In this document: piece by piece, positions 1 through 10,072 of the stretch
Layout: each line of letters starts with the position of its first letter
How positions within the stretch are numbered: position 1 is the stretch's first letter
Source: Planctomycetota bacterium
GTDB taxonomy: Bacteria; Planctomycetota; PLA2; JAEUHO01
DNA length: 64,000 bases
Reading direction: 5' to 3'
Assembly (NCBI GenBank): GCA_965222115.1
Contig: CBDCTJ010000001.1
Coordinates: 480,001-544,000 of the forward strand
Program-made: the position numbers and the translations under genes
Notes under the pieces: generated by a model
The model's input: the letters and a program-made list of their open reading frames with translations, nothing else
Databases searched by the model: none
Told to the model about the DNA's origin: nothing

Positions 1-1
1 G

Positions 2-1285
2 AAGAGCGAACTTGGCGCTGGTGAACAGCAACTCACTGTCCGTTTGAAGCGCGGTGAACAAGTATCTGGAATCGTCATTGACGACTTAGGAGAGCCAATC
101 GAGGGAGTGCGAATTTGGTGCAGCCAAAGTCATCACACAGCCACATGGCCGCATCCTACGACGTATTTCGCGACGGACGTGAATGGAGGAATTGGCATCA
201 GCCGATCCAACGGAGAGTTCACGGTTGACGGTCTAGCTGCCGACTACGATTATGAGATCGCGTGGTCGAAGCACATGTGGACACGTTCCATGAGGCGCCC
301 CTATCCCGTAAGAGCGGGTGACGGGACGAGGGTTGTACTCAAGATGCGACCGATTGCGCGCGTGCTGTTTAATTTCGTCGACCGCCAAGACGGCCACGTA
401 GTGACGACGCAATCTATCGAAACAACATGTGGGCCGGGCATCGGTGTAGGCGGATGGCCGGTTCCTTATGAACACAGCGAACCCCCACTTAACCTCATGG
501 GCGAGGCAAGGGCGGCTGAACATTTCTATGTCAGAGATGGCACCAGTGACATTGATGACAACATGCAGGGCACGGTAACCGTCTTGGTAAAGGCCCTGGG
601 CTACAGGGAGCGCAAGAAGAACGTAACGTTTAAGTTGGGCCAACGCCAGACGATTCGGATTCCGCTTGACAGAAAGTCGAATGTGGAACTTGGAAACGTA
701 GCGTTCACAGTAACCCTTGGGAACCGACCGTATACAGGAAGATTGTCTACGTACTTCAGGGGCGCCTCAGGTTCAACCTCGTCAAGCTTCATGTTTCGAG
801 AAGGAAAGCAGATCAACAAAGTTCGCATTCCATCGGGTCGATATGAGGTCTCAGTCAAGCCCGTCGGGCTGATCGGCGCCAGCTTGGAGCGCGAAGACGT
901 CGGGGTCATCGACATCCAGACTGGCATGACCACGAATCAGTCGCTGAATATTCCATGCTGTTCAGCCACGCTTGATGTCCGAGACCGGGATGGCAAGCGA
1001 GTCTTGGGCTATGACGTTGGCGTTGCGATCAATGGTCGCGCAAAGGGGGGTGGCGAGATGTGGGATTTTCGCGCCCGAGCCTCTTCGGTCCCGGGGCTCA
1101 TTCGCAATGGACTCCCTGTACTGTACTTCCCAATGACGGGTGACGTTGTGCTTAGTGTCAACAAGTTCGGCGTGGGCAGTCACCTGGGCACGATTGCTCA
1201 CGATTCAAACACAATGCATGGAAACATGAAGGTGTTTCTAAACCAACCCGCCCGCGATACCCGACGTGCTGCGCGGCAGGAATAG
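2..1285 (+). CDS. 5'-truncated hypothetical protein with carboxypeptidase-regulatory-like (beta-sandwich) domains
   Basis: Frame is open from base 2; 'VSGIVIDDLGEPIEGVRI...GEFTVDGL' is typical of CarboxypepD_reg-like domains. Confidence 0.6.
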   Translation, partial: KSELGAGEQQLTVRLKRGEQVSGIVIDDLGEPIEGVRIWCSQSHHTATWPHPTTYFATDVNGGIGISRSNGEFTVDGLAADYDYEIAWSKHMWTRSMRRPYPVRAGDGTRVVLKMRPIARVLFNFVDRQDGHVVTTQSIETTCGPGIGVGGWPVPYEHSEPPLNLMGEARAAEHFYVRDGTSDIDDNMQGTVTVLVKALGYRERKKNVTFKLGQRQTIRIPLDRKSNVELGNVAFTVTLGNRPYTGRLSTYFRGASGSTSSSFMFREGKQINKVRIPSGRYEVSVKPVGLIGASLEREDVGVIDIQTGMTTNQSLNIPCCSATLDVRDRDGKRVLGYDVGVAINGRAKGGGEMWDFRARASSVPGLIRNGLPVLYFPMTGDVVLSVNKFGVGSHLGTIAHDSNTMHGNMKVFLNQPARDTRRAARQE

Positions 1286-1640
1286 CCCCCTATCTCGCCC
1301 GTCGTCAGACGGAATCTCGTTGAGTGCCACACCGCGCTCGATGGAGACTCGTGCAGCAAGAGTGCTCGCCTCACTTCGCCTGAATCACTCATGATGCGCC
1401 CCGTCCACACCAGGCGAAGAATCAGACAGGATAGTGCCTATGCACTCAGGAGAATCGAGCGGCGGGCGGGCGAATTCGCATCCAGACTGAGTGGTATCTA
1501 AAGCTCGGATTTTGACATGCGGCGAAGGACCACTATCGACCGGAGATCGGCAAGATGATTGCGGAGAAGCTACATTTACCGCCTACCTCGGGTGATTGGG
1601 GGACGAAACGACGCACATAAAGCAACCGATAGTCGCACGT

Positions 1641-1750
1641 CCCCGCCGCCCATACAGGGCGGGGCTTGAGATGGGTACGCAAACCCAGGGTTCCGCGCCG
1701 CTTCGCTCGCGCTACACCCTGGGCTACCATCCGTGGCCCCTGCGGGGCCG
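1641..1750. repeat. REP-like palindromic intergenic element, copy A
   Basis: Three hairpins: ccgccc-ataca-gggcgg, cccaggg...ccctggg and ggcccc-tgc-ggggcc; a related inverted copy lies at 41304-41407. Confidence 0.6.
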
Positions 1751-2121
1751 TTGACATCGTTTTGGAGCGCGACCGGCGAAGACATGGACTCTCATTGTGA
1801 GTTCCTTTTGCAAGATCCGTCACGAGTCGATCGAATTGAAACACGTCTTGCGGATCCACACGTTTCGTACTCCGTCGCATACGCCTCTCTCATCGCCCCG
1901 CAACCAAAACCATCCGAGCCAAACGAACGCGTTCACCCGTCGGTTGCGCTTGGTGCCCCTGGTGTCCTTGGTGAGAGCCCTCTTCTTCCAAGACGCGTTC
2001 CGCAACTAGCGTTTCAACACCTCGCCAACAGCCCCCCACCCCCGCATGCGCCCTCTGCGCCCCCGCGTCCTCCGCGGCTCTGCGTGAGGTCAAACGCGCA
2101 CAATCACGACCACCCCCGGTA

Positions 2122-3951
2122 TCAACCATCAAAAAGTGTGGATTTTGCCCTGACACCGTATGGCGCTTGATTCCGTTCACCGGTTTGAACCCGCCAAAGC
2201 GCTTCATAGAGACCGCCCATCGCAATTAGCTCTTCGTGCGTGCCGGTTTCTTTGAGCCTGCCGCGGTCGAGAACGTAGATGCGGTCGGCGTTGCGGACGG
2301 TGCTCAAGCGATGGGCGATGACGATGGTGGTGCGACCAACAGCGACGCGGTCAAGCGAACGTTGAATGGCGGCTTCGGTTTCGTTGTCTACCGATGAGGT
2401 AGCTTCGTCGAGGATCAAAATGGGCGGGTCTTTGAGAATAGCGCGTGCAATCGAAAGGCGCTGGCGTTGGCCGCCCGAGAGCTTCTGTCCGCGCTCGCCC
2501 ACAATCGTGTCGAAGCCTTGCGGAAGTTCGTTGATGAATGCGGTGGATTCGGAGAGGTCGGCCGCGCGTTTGAGTTCCTCTTCGGAGGCGTCGAGGCGAC
2601 CGTAGGCGATGTTCTCGCGAACGGTGCCATGGAAGAGAAACACGTCTTGACTCACAAGGCCCATGGCTGCGCGCAAATCGCTCTTGCGCAGCGTACGCAC
2701 ATCGATTCCGTCAAGCGTTACGCGGCCCGACGTCGGGTCATAGAAACGGAGCAGAAGTTTGACGAGCGTCGTTTTGCCCGAGCCGGTGGGCCCAACCACC
2801 GCGATGGTTGCGCCCGCGGGCATGTCCATCGTCAGATCGCTAAGAATCGATTGTCCTTCGTTATAGCGAAACGTGACGTCGTCGAGTCGTAGCGCGCCAT
2901 CAACGTCTGCCTTGTTCATTTCGGACTTGCCGGGTTCGACCGTGGTCCTGCGATCCAACAAGTCGAGTACGCGCTCCGTGGACGCCATCGATCGTTGATA
3001 GAGATCAAACGTCTCACCCAAACGGGTCATGGGCCAAAGAAGCCGCTGCGTCAAGAACGCCAAGGTGCTAAACGTGGCGAGCTCCATGTGGCCGTGGATC
3101 GCCTGCCATCCGCCGTAAATCAATGTGGCGCCGAAACCCACGAGAATCGCCATACGAATCAACGGCGTAAACGCGCTACTCAAGCGAATCGCGCGGCGAT
3201 TGACTTCACGATATTGATTGCTAGCGGCGCGCAGGCGTTCCAACTCGTGGGGCTCGCGCGCAAAGGCCTTGATTGTGGCAACGCCTCCCAAGTTGTTGGC
3301 CAGCAGTGAGTTCACGGCCCCCACTTCTTCGCGCACATTCGCGTAGTGCGGCGCGATCTTCTTCTGAAACCAGAGGCTTCCCCATAGCACGAACGGAATC
3401 GGCAACATGGCCAACCACGCCACGCCGGGCGCCATGATGAAGAACACTGCCGTGATCACGGTCGTCGCTGTTGCCAACTGAATGAGCTCGTTGGCGCCCA
3501 CGTCGAGAAAGCGCTCCAGTTGATTGACGTCGTCGTTGAGGATCGACATCAGTGTTCCCGTGCTCTCGTCCTCAAAGAACGCCATGTCGAGATGCTGTAC
3601 ATTCTCGTAGGCGTCGATGCGTAACTCGTGCTGTACCGTTTGCGCGAGATTGCGCCAGAGCACCTTGCTCCAGTACTCAAAGAGCGACTCAAGAATCCAG
3701 GTAACGGCTGTTAGTGCGGCCAATACAAGAAACAGTCCCGTGGGCGACGTCAGGCCCAAGAAACTCAGTACACTGTCTTCGCGCCGGACCACAACGTCGA
3801 TCGCAACGCCAATCAGAAACGGCGGCGCGAGATCAAAGATCTTATTGAGAACCGAACAGAGCGTGGCCAGACGGATGGTCTTGCGATGCGAGTCGGCATA
3901 ACGCGCCAGTCGAATCAGCGGCGCGGACGATGCTCCGCTGTCTTGCGACAT
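2122..3951 (-). CDS. ABC exporter, fused TMD-NBD (ABCB/MsbA-like)
   Basis: 6-TM N-terminal half; Walker A GPTGSGKT, signature LSGGQRQ, Walker B ILILDEATS, H-loop IAHRLST; start moved to the ATG at 3951 next to the upstream stop. Confidence 0.93.
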   Translation of the reverse strand: MSQDSGASSAPLIRLARYADSHRKTIRLATLCSVLNKIFDLAPPFLIGVAIDVVVRREDSVLSFLGLTSPTGLFLVLAALTAVTWILESLFEYWSKVLWRNLAQTVQHELRIDAYENVQHLDMAFFEDESTGTLMSILNDDVNQLERFLDVGANELIQLATATTVITAVFFIMAPGVAWLAMLPIPFVLWGSLWFQKKIAPHYANVREEVGAVNSLLANNLGGVATIKAFAREPHELERLRAASNQYREVNRRAIRLSSAFTPLIRMAILVGFGATLIYGGWQAIHGHMELATFSTLAFLTQRLLWPMTRLGETFDLYQRSMASTERVLDLLDRRTTVEPGKSEMNKADVDGALRLDDVTFRYNEGQSILSDLTMDMPAGATIAVVGPTGSGKTTLVKLLLRFYDPTSGRVTLDGIDVRTLRKSDLRAAMGLVSQDVFLFHGTVRENIAYGRLDASEEELKRAADLSESTAFINELPQGFDTIVGERGQKLSGGQRQRLSIARAILKDPPILILDEATSSVDNETEAAIQRSLDRVAVGRTTIVIAHRLSTVRNADRIYVLDRGRLKETGTHEELIAMGGLYEALWRVQTGERNQAPYGVRAKSTLFDG

Positions 3952-3953
3952 GC

Positions 3954-4310
3954 TCACTCGCCTTTTACGAACCACGCACGCTGAATGCGACCGTCCAAGA
4001 CTTCGTAGGTTGCTACGGCGTGAACCACTTTGCCCGCCTCCATGCCGGTCACGCGCTCCTCGTCGATGGCGATGGGGCCGCAGATCACGCGCGACGTGAG
4101 CTCCACATGCAGATTGGGACACTGTTCAAACAGCCGACCGTAGGCTTCCCGCAAGGCATCGATGCCATCAACAAACACTTCGCCGGTGCGCAATCGAATC
4201 AACTTGACGTCGTCGGCGTAACACGCCGCAAAGTCGTTGATGTCGCCGCGGTTGTAGGCGTCGAGTTGTTTGGCGGCCAGACGCCGGGCTTCGCTTTCGG
4301 TGGCTTTCAC
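3954..4310 (-). CDS. SnoaL-like / NTF2 family protein
   Basis: 'QLDAYNRGDINDFAACYADDV...IDEERVTG...YEVLDGRIQRAW'; GTGA overlap with the LysR stop. Confidence 0.85.
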   Translation of the reverse strand: MKATESEARRLAAKQLDAYNRGDINDFAACYADDVKLIRLRTGEVFVDGIDALREAYGRLFEQCPNLHVELTSRVICGPIAIDEERVTGMEAGKVVHAVATYEVLDGRIQRAWFVKGE

Positions 4311-5251
4311 GACGCCTCTCCCGCGCCCGCAACGAGCTCGTCCCGAAACATACGTCCGGCGGGACTCACCAACTCTTCGGCGCGGGTCACAACATAGAAT
4401 GGACGCGCAATTTGTATGTCATCCACGTCGATGATGGCGAAGACACCGTGCTGCACGTCCTCACGCACCGACAAATGCGAGACCCACGAGAGGCCGAGTC
4501 CCGCACGAACCGCCGCTTTGGCAGCTTCTGTGCTACCTACGGTGCAAGATACGCGGCGCGGGAACGGCTGGGCCTTCACGTTGACGGCACCCAAGACAGC
4601 GGCTCGCGTTCCCGATCCACTTTCGCGCATGATGATCGGAAATCGCGAGACGTCGTTCAGCGATACCGACCCACAGCCGGCGAGAGCGTGATTGGCGGGT
4701 GCGATGAGGACCACCCGATCGCCGGCGATCTTGGTATGGGGAAGTCCTGCGTCCGCATCGTCCGATCCGACAACGCCTATGTCCACGGCGCCCGCGGACA
4801 CTGCCGATCGAATCGAATCGCTGTCACCGGTTTCCACATGCAAACCAACCTCAGGATGCCGCTCGTGAAAGTCGGCAAGGTGAAGTGGCAGGAGATAGAT
4901 TGCCGGGATCGACGAGGCTCCCACCGTCAAACGCCCCGTTAGCAGCCCGTTCAGTTGTGCCACGGCCATACGCGCGTTCTGTTCCGCGCGCAGCACGTCG
5001 CGCGCGTGTTGAATCAATACGTCGCCGGCCGCGGTCACGCGCACACCCGTTCGGTCTCGATCCACAAGGCGACTACCGAGTCGGCGCTCGAGATCGGCCA
5101 TGTGGCCACTGACGGTGGATTGGCTGAGGCCGAGGTGGCGCGCGGCACGGGTAAAGGAGCCCTGCTCCACGAGCGCGACAAAAACTTCGAGTTGGCGCAT
5201 CGACAATGGGTCGTCGCCCTGCGGCATCAGTCGGGGATCGTCGGCGTGCAT
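4307..5251 (-). CDS. LysR-family regulator (CysL-like / selenium metabolism-associated type)
   Basis: HTH 'RQLEVFVALVEQGSFTRAARHLGLSQSTVSGHMADLE'; substrate domain 'RESGSGTR' and 'GSTEAAKAAVRAGLG'; start uncertain. Confidence 0.9.
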   Translation of the reverse strand: MHADDPRLMPQGDDPLSMRQLEVFVALVEQGSFTRAARHLGLSQSTVSGHMADLERRLGSRLVDRDRTGVRVTAAGDVLIQHARDVLRAEQNARMAVAQLNGLLTGRLTVGASSIPAIYLLPLHLADFHERHPEVGLHVETGDSDSIRSAVSAGAVDIGVVGSDDADAGLPHTKIAGDRVVLIAPANHALAGCGSVSLNDVSRFPIIMRESGSGTRAAVLGAVNVKAQPFPRRVSCTVGSTEAAKAAVRAGLGLSWVSHLSVREDVQHGVFAIIDVDDIQIARPFYVVTRAEELVSPAGRMFRDELVAGAGEAS

Positions 5252-5364
5252 CGTTGCTCTCTCGAAAGGGAAGGGGTGGCGCACCAGGAAACCCGACGGG
5301 CGTGCAACACATTGCGCATCTGGTGCGTCTGAGCTATACATCTCGCGGGCTAGCCGATGACAAG

Positions 5365-5381
5365 TATCGGCAAAACCGATA
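5365..5381. promoter_or_regulatory. Probable LysR recognition site (T-N11-A palindrome)
   Basis: tatcgg-caaaa-ccgata inverted repeat between the divergent lysR and ABC importer; an overlapping palindrome ccgat-N7-atcgg lies at 5354-5370. Confidence 0.6.
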
Positions 5382-5410
5382 AAAAGTCAACCCAGCTTTG
5401 AGGATTCTCG

Positions 5411-6343
5411 ATGCGACAGACCCCCATTCGTTCCCGGTTTACCGGCCTTGCACTCCTGGCTGCCATATTCGTCTTCGCTGCGGGTTGCGGCAACGACAAA
5501 GGCGATCAGGGGGACAACGCGAAGAACAAGGGCGACGCGCCCGTATTCAAATTCAGCGCCATTCCATCCGAGAAGGACGCCACCGGCTACAAGGCCAAGT
5601 TCAAGGTTGTGGCCGACTACCTCACCAAAACGTTGGGCGTGCCCTTTGAGTATCACCACGCAACCACCTATAGCGCATCCGTCCGCGCCTTCGAACAGGG
5701 CGAAATTTTGCTCGCGTGGTTTGGCGGTCTTACAGGCGTGCAGGCGCGCCACCGCGTGCCGGGAGCGCGCGCAATCGCGCAGGGTGTTGAGGACCCCAAC
5801 TACTTTTCCTATTTCATTGCTAACAAGAGCACAGGCCTTGAGCCCACGGATACGTTTCCCGAGGGTATGAAGGGCATGTCGTTCACCTTCGGTGACCAAA
5901 ACTCAACGTCAGGGCGCTTGATGCCCGAGTACTTCATTCGCAAGTTCACCGGCGGAGCACCGAAGGACTACTTCAAGACAATCGCGTTTAGTGGCGGACA
6001 CAACACAACCGCCACGCAAGTCGCGAGCGGTCAAGTCCAGTGCGGCGCAATGAGCTACAAAACGTATGACAAGATGGTCAAGGCGGGTGAGATTGACCCC
6101 GATGTGTGCCGCTTGATCTGGAAGACCCCTCCCTACGCCGACTACAACTTCACGGCACACCCCAAGATCGACGAAATCTACGGGGCTGGCTTTACCGAGC
6201 GCCTCCAGAAAGCACTTCTGGACATGAAGGGCGACGATTTGCTTGAAAAGCCCTTCGGCCGCAGTGGCATGATCAAGGCAAAGAACTCCGACTTTAAGGC
6301 CATTGTGGATCAAGCAAAGGCGCTGAAGTTCCTCGGGGACTAG
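5411..6343 (+). CDS. PhnD-like ABC substrate-binding lipoprotein, putative selenate-binding clade
   Basis: Lipobox FAAGC; 'LAWFGGLTGVQAR', 'FTFGDQNSTSGRLMP' and 'IWKTPPYADYNFT'. Confidence 0.85.
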   Translation: MRQTPIRSRFTGLALLAAIFVFAAGCGNDKGDQGDNAKNKGDAPVFKFSAIPSEKDATGYKAKFKVVADYLTKTLGVPFEYHHATTYSASVRAFEQGEILLAWFGGLTGVQARHRVPGARAIAQGVEDPNYFSYFIANKSTGLEPTDTFPEGMKGMSFTFGDQNSTSGRLMPEYFIRKFTGGAPKDYFKTIAFSGGHNTTATQVASGQVQCGAMSYKTYDKMVKAGEIDPDVCRLIWKTPPYADYNFTAHPKIDEIYGAGFTERLQKALLDMKGDDLLEKPFGRSGMIKAKNSDFKAIVDQAKALKFLGD

Positions 6344-6367
6344 CCTCTCGGGAGACCACGAAAAGCT

Positions 6368-7177
6368 GTGAGGGACTTCCTCAATCTTGACCAAGTGGAA
6401 GTCGCCTTTCCCGGCGACATTGCGCTTCAAGGCATCGATCTGAATGTGGGCGCCTCGGAGCAGGTCGCGGTGGTGGGTGCCAGCGGTGCGGGCAAGAGCA
6501 CGCTGCTTAGCTTGATTCACGGCACGGTGCGCCCCACGGCAGGACACATCACCGTGTTCGGCAAGGACCTCCATTCGTTGTCCGGGCGCGAGTTGCGTGC
6601 ACTGCGAGCGACCCTTGGATTCGTTCATCAAGGGCTGCACCTGATTCCGAATCTACGCGTGATTCAAAACGTATTGATTGGGCGCATCGGGCGCATGTCA
6701 ACGTTGAGTGCGCTGCGGTCCTTTGTTTGGCCGCACAAACGCGATGTGCATCGAGCGCACGAGATCCTTGAGCGCGTGGGAATCGCAGAAAAACTCTACG
6801 AGCGCACCGATCGCCTGTCGGGTGGGCAGCGGCAGCGTGTCGCGATTGCGCGCGCATTGTTTCAACAACCCAAGGCATTGATCGCCGACGAACCCGTATC
6901 AAGTGTGGATCCCGCGCGCGCGCGCGACACCGTGTCGTTGCTTACGACGCTTGCGAGAGAGGAGGGCATTCCACTCATTGTGAGCCTTCACAACCAAGCG
7001 TTGGCCAAGGCCTTCTTTCCACGCCTTGTCGGTCTGAAAGACGGTCGCGTCATGTTCGACCGATCCACCGATACAGTATCCGACGACGATTTTCAAACGC
7101 TCTACGCGATGGCAACCGAGAACGATGCTGTTGACGCGCATGGCAGAGAAACCAAGTACTCGGATCGCGTGACGTAA
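6368..7177 (+). CDS. PhnC-like ABC importer ATP-binding subunit
   Basis: GASGAGKS, LSGGQRQRVAIARAL, ADEPVSSVDP. Confidence 0.9.
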   Translation: MRDFLNLDQVEVAFPGDIALQGIDLNVGASEQVAVVGASGAGKSTLLSLIHGTVRPTAGHITVFGKDLHSLSGRELRALRATLGFVHQGLHLIPNLRVIQNVLIGRIGRMSTLSALRSFVWPHKRDVHRAHEILERVGIAEKLYERTDRLSGGQRQRVAIARALFQQPKALIADEPVSSVDPARARDTVSLLTTLAREEGIPLIVSLHNQALAKAFFPRLVGLKDGRVMFDRSTDTVSDDDFQTLYAMATENDAVDAHGRETKYSDRVT

Positions 7178-8064
7178 TGCAGGCATCGTCGCTGCCCCTC
7201 CCACGCAGGCCGCTTCCGATTTCTGCGCGCGGATTGGTGCTCGTGGGGCTCTTGCTAGCCGCTGTGTGGAGTTGGTGGACGCTTGGATTGAGCCCCAGCG
7301 ACTTCGTACCTCATGATGGTGGGCTGGAGATCACCAAGCGCTTCTTTGCGAGCGCCGTGTCGCCGGCCACAACGCACGAAGGTGTTGAGGTGATCGGACG
7401 ACCGGGCATCTTCGTAGAAGCGCTTGAGGCCATTGGCAAAACGATCCTCATCGCGGCTGCAGCGATGAGCATCGCAATACCGATGGGACTGTTATTTGGG
7501 TTGGCCGCGACCTCGGCATGGGTCAGTCCGACCGGTGTACGCCGCACGGGCCCGCTTGCCACCGTGATGCGCGCTTTGTTGCGTGTGATTTGGGCCGCCG
7601 CACGAGTTTGGATCGCATGCGTTCGCTCGATTCACGAGCTGTTCTGGGCCTTTCTCTTTATGGCCACCATCGGTCTCTCGGAGACGGCCGCCGTGCTGGC
7701 TCTTGCAATTCCTTACTCGGGCGTGCTCGGCAAAATCTACGCGGAAATGGTGGACGAAGCGCCCCGTGATGCAGCGGGGGCGCTCCGCGCTGCAGGCGCC
7801 AGTCATGTACAGACGTTCCTGTTCGGTCTCTTGCCGCAAGCACTGCCCGATATGATTGCCTATTCTGTGTATCGATTTGAGTGTGCGATCCGCTCTTCGG
7901 CCGTGCTGGGCTTCTTTGGTGTGGCCACGATTGGCTACTACATCCATCAGTCGTTTCAGAGCGGCTTCTATCGTGAGGTGTGGACCTATCTCTATCTCTT
8001 GATTGTGGTCATCGTGCTCTTTGATGCGTGGAGCGGCGCGGTGCGGAGGCGATTGACCTCATGA
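7177..8064 (+). CDS. PhnE/PtxC-like ABC permease 1
   Basis: 'RSIHELFWA', 'GVLGKIYAE', 'YRFECAIRSSAVLGFFG'; translationally coupled to the ATPase gene. Confidence 0.9.
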   Translation: MQASSLPLPRRPLPISARGLVLVGLLLAAVWSWWTLGLSPSDFVPHDGGLEITKRFFASAVSPATTHEGVEVIGRPGIFVEALEAIGKTILIAAAAMSIAIPMGLLFGLAATSAWVSPTGVRRTGPLATVMRALLRVIWAAARVWIACVRSIHELFWAFLFMATIGLSETAAVLALAIPYSGVLGKIYAEMVDEAPRDAAGALRAAGASHVQTFLFGLLPQALPDMIAYSVYRFECAIRSSAVLGFFGVATIGYYIHQSFQSGFYREVWTYLYLLIVVIVLFDAWSGAVRRRLTS

Positions 8065-8984
8065 CACGCTCCACCACGGAACTCGCGACCAACGAACACG
8101 CGATTGCAGAGCTGCGACGAACGCGACCCACATCGCGCCTTCTACGATGGAGTGTTGTAGGTATTGCGCTCCTCATGGTCGGTTCGTGGATTCCACTCGA
8201 CGTCTCGCTAGACGACCTATTTAGTGAACGACGTCAACAAGCCATTGCGCGCTTCTTTGAAGACATTCGGCCCGCGCCACTACGCGACACATCGTGGGAC
8301 TTCGGCGTGGCAAGCACGTGGTTTCATACCTGCATGAATGAGGGCGGTGGCTGGAAGGCCGCGGAAACCACGCTCGCCGTTTCCATATTGGCCATCGTGC
8401 TTGCCGCATTGATCGGTGCGTTGCTCGCGCTACCCGCCGCGCGCAATGTGATGGCCAAGCGACCCTTCGCAGCGGGCGGCACGGTCGGGATTACGTCGCC
8501 CATCGTCGCCTGCACGCGCTTCGTGTTGGTGTTGTTGCGTTGTTTACCCGAGTACCTGCTGGCGTTTTTGTTTATCGGCATGTTCGGTCTTTCGGCCGTG
8601 CCGGCGGTGCTCGCGCTCGCCATTCACAATGCGGGCATTTTGGGACGACTCAACGCTGAAGTCATCGAGAACCTGCCGTCGGCACCGCTGCGCTCGTTGC
8701 GCGCGGCAGGCGGTACACGTCGCGCCATCGCGGTTTCCGCCATCTATCCCCTGTCGTTGCCACGTGGCCTGCTCTACTTCTTTTACCGCTGGGAGACGTG
8801 CATTCGCGAATCGACCGTGCTCGGACTCCTCAGCATCGCCACCCTCGGCGCGTTGGTGGCCGACGCCGAGGCACGCATGCGCTTTGACCGTATGTTTCTA
8901 TTCGTAATGGTCGGTGCGGTGATGGTCGTCGTGGTGGACTTGCTATCTGCCGTTGTTCGTGCGTGGGTGCGGCAAGCACGCTGA
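8061..8984 (+). CDS. PhnE/PtxC-like ABC permease 2
   Basis: 'AIHNAGILGRLNAE' and 'YRWETCIRESTVLG'; ATGA overlap. Confidence 0.9.
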   Translation: MTRSTTELATNEHAIAELRRTRPTSRLLRWSVVGIALLMVGSWIPLDVSLDDLFSERRQQAIARFFEDIRPAPLRDTSWDFGVASTWFHTCMNEGGGWKAAETTLAVSILAIVLAALIGALLALPAARNVMAKRPFAAGGTVGITSPIVACTRFVLVLLRCLPEYLLAFLFIGMFGLSAVPAVLALAIHNAGILGRLNAEVIENLPSAPLRSLRAAGGTRRAIAVSAIYPLSLPRGLLYFFYRWETCIRESTVLGLLSIATLGALVADAEARMRFDRMFLFVMVGAVMVVVVDLLSAVVRAWVRQAR

Positions 8985-9092
8985 ATCGCCTTGACCCTCG
9001 CGAACGCGTGGCCGACATTCTCGCTCGCCGCGTAGCTTGTGTACTAAGCCATGTCGGTAGCGCGGGTGACGCTCTCGGCCCGGAGGTTGACC

Positions 9093-10064
9093 ATGACGAC
9101 GCACGCAACGTCTCAATCCACTGCCGCGCTCACGCGTGGCGACGTGGCCGCGGTCTATCGCATGCCCCTGTTGGAACTCGTGGCACGCGCGAGCGATGTG
9201 CACCGTCAACACTTTGATCCCAAGGATCTGCAGTGTTCGGCGCTGTTGAGCATCAAAACGGGCGCTTGTCCGGAAGACTGCGCGTATTGCCCACAGTCTG
9301 CTCATCACGGGACCGAACTCGAGCGCGAATCACTCTTGAGCGTGGACCAAGTTCGCGAAGCCGCCACGCGGGCCAAGAAAGCCGGCGCCGATCGATTTTG
9401 CATGGGCGCGGCGTGGCGCGATGTGCGCGATGGCGAGCCCTTCGAACGTGTGCTCGACATGGTGCGTGAGGTAAAGGGGCTCGGGCTCGAAACGTGTGCC
9501 ACGCTCGGCATGGTCACGCCCGAACAAGCTTCGCGACTGCGCGACGCGGGCCTGGATTACTACAATCACAACCTCGACACATCGCGCGAATACTACGACA
9601 ACATTATCTCCACGCGCACCTACGACGAACGGCTCGACACGCTGTCGGCGGTTCGCGACGCCGGCATGTCGGTTTGTTGCGGTGGCATCGTTGGACTCGG
9701 TGAGAGCGAAGACGATCGCATTGGATTGTTGCACGAACTCGCACGCCAGACGCCGCCTCCTGAAAGCGTACCCATCAATGCGCTGGTTGCGGTCAAGGGC
9801 ACGCCGCTCGAAAATCAACCGCCCATCGCGTGGGACGTTTTGGTTCGCACAGTCGCCGCGGCGCGCGTGCTCATGCCCACATCGATGGTGCGACTGAGTG
9901 CCGGTCGCATGAGTCTCACAGAGGAAGCGCAAGCACTGTGTTTTCTTGCCGGCGCCAACTCGATCTTCCTTGGTGATCAGCTACTGACCACGCCCAATCC
10001 CAAGCCCGACGCCGACCATGCGCTGCGCGAGAAACTCGGACTCGTCGCACGCGGCACGAAGTAA
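9093..10064 (+). CDS. bioB: Biotin synthase
   Basis: Radical SAM motif [39 protein letters not shown]; GGAGG RBS before the ATG at 9093. Confidence 0.97.
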   Translation: MTTHATSQSTAALTRGDVAAVYRMPLLELVARASDVHRQHFDPKDLQCSALLSIKTGACPEDCAYCPQSAHHGTELERESLLSVDQVREAATRAKKAGADRFCMGAAWRDVRDGEPFERVLDMVREVKGLGLETCATLGMVTPEQASRLRDAGLDYYNHNLDTSREYYDNIISTRTYDERLDTLSAVRDAGMSVCCGGIVGLGESEDDRIGLLHELARQTPPPESVPINALVAVKGTPLENQPPIAWDVLVRTVAAARVLMPTSMVRLSAGRMSLTEEAQALCFLAGANSIFLGDQLLTTPNPKPDADHALREKLGLVARGTK

Positions 10065-10072
10065 CGCAATTT

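Noticed and set aside
1441-1620. Another in-frame TGA (…WYLKLGF*HAAKDHYRPEIGKMIAEKL…) as a possible Sec site
   Set aside because: No start or RBS, in-frame stops just upstream, no Cys context and no clear hairpin; at most a decayed gene fragment
5411-8984. Phosphonate catabolism or phosphite oxidation locus
   Set aside because: No phnG-M, phnX or ptxD nearby; the substrate cannot be assigned from the transporter alone
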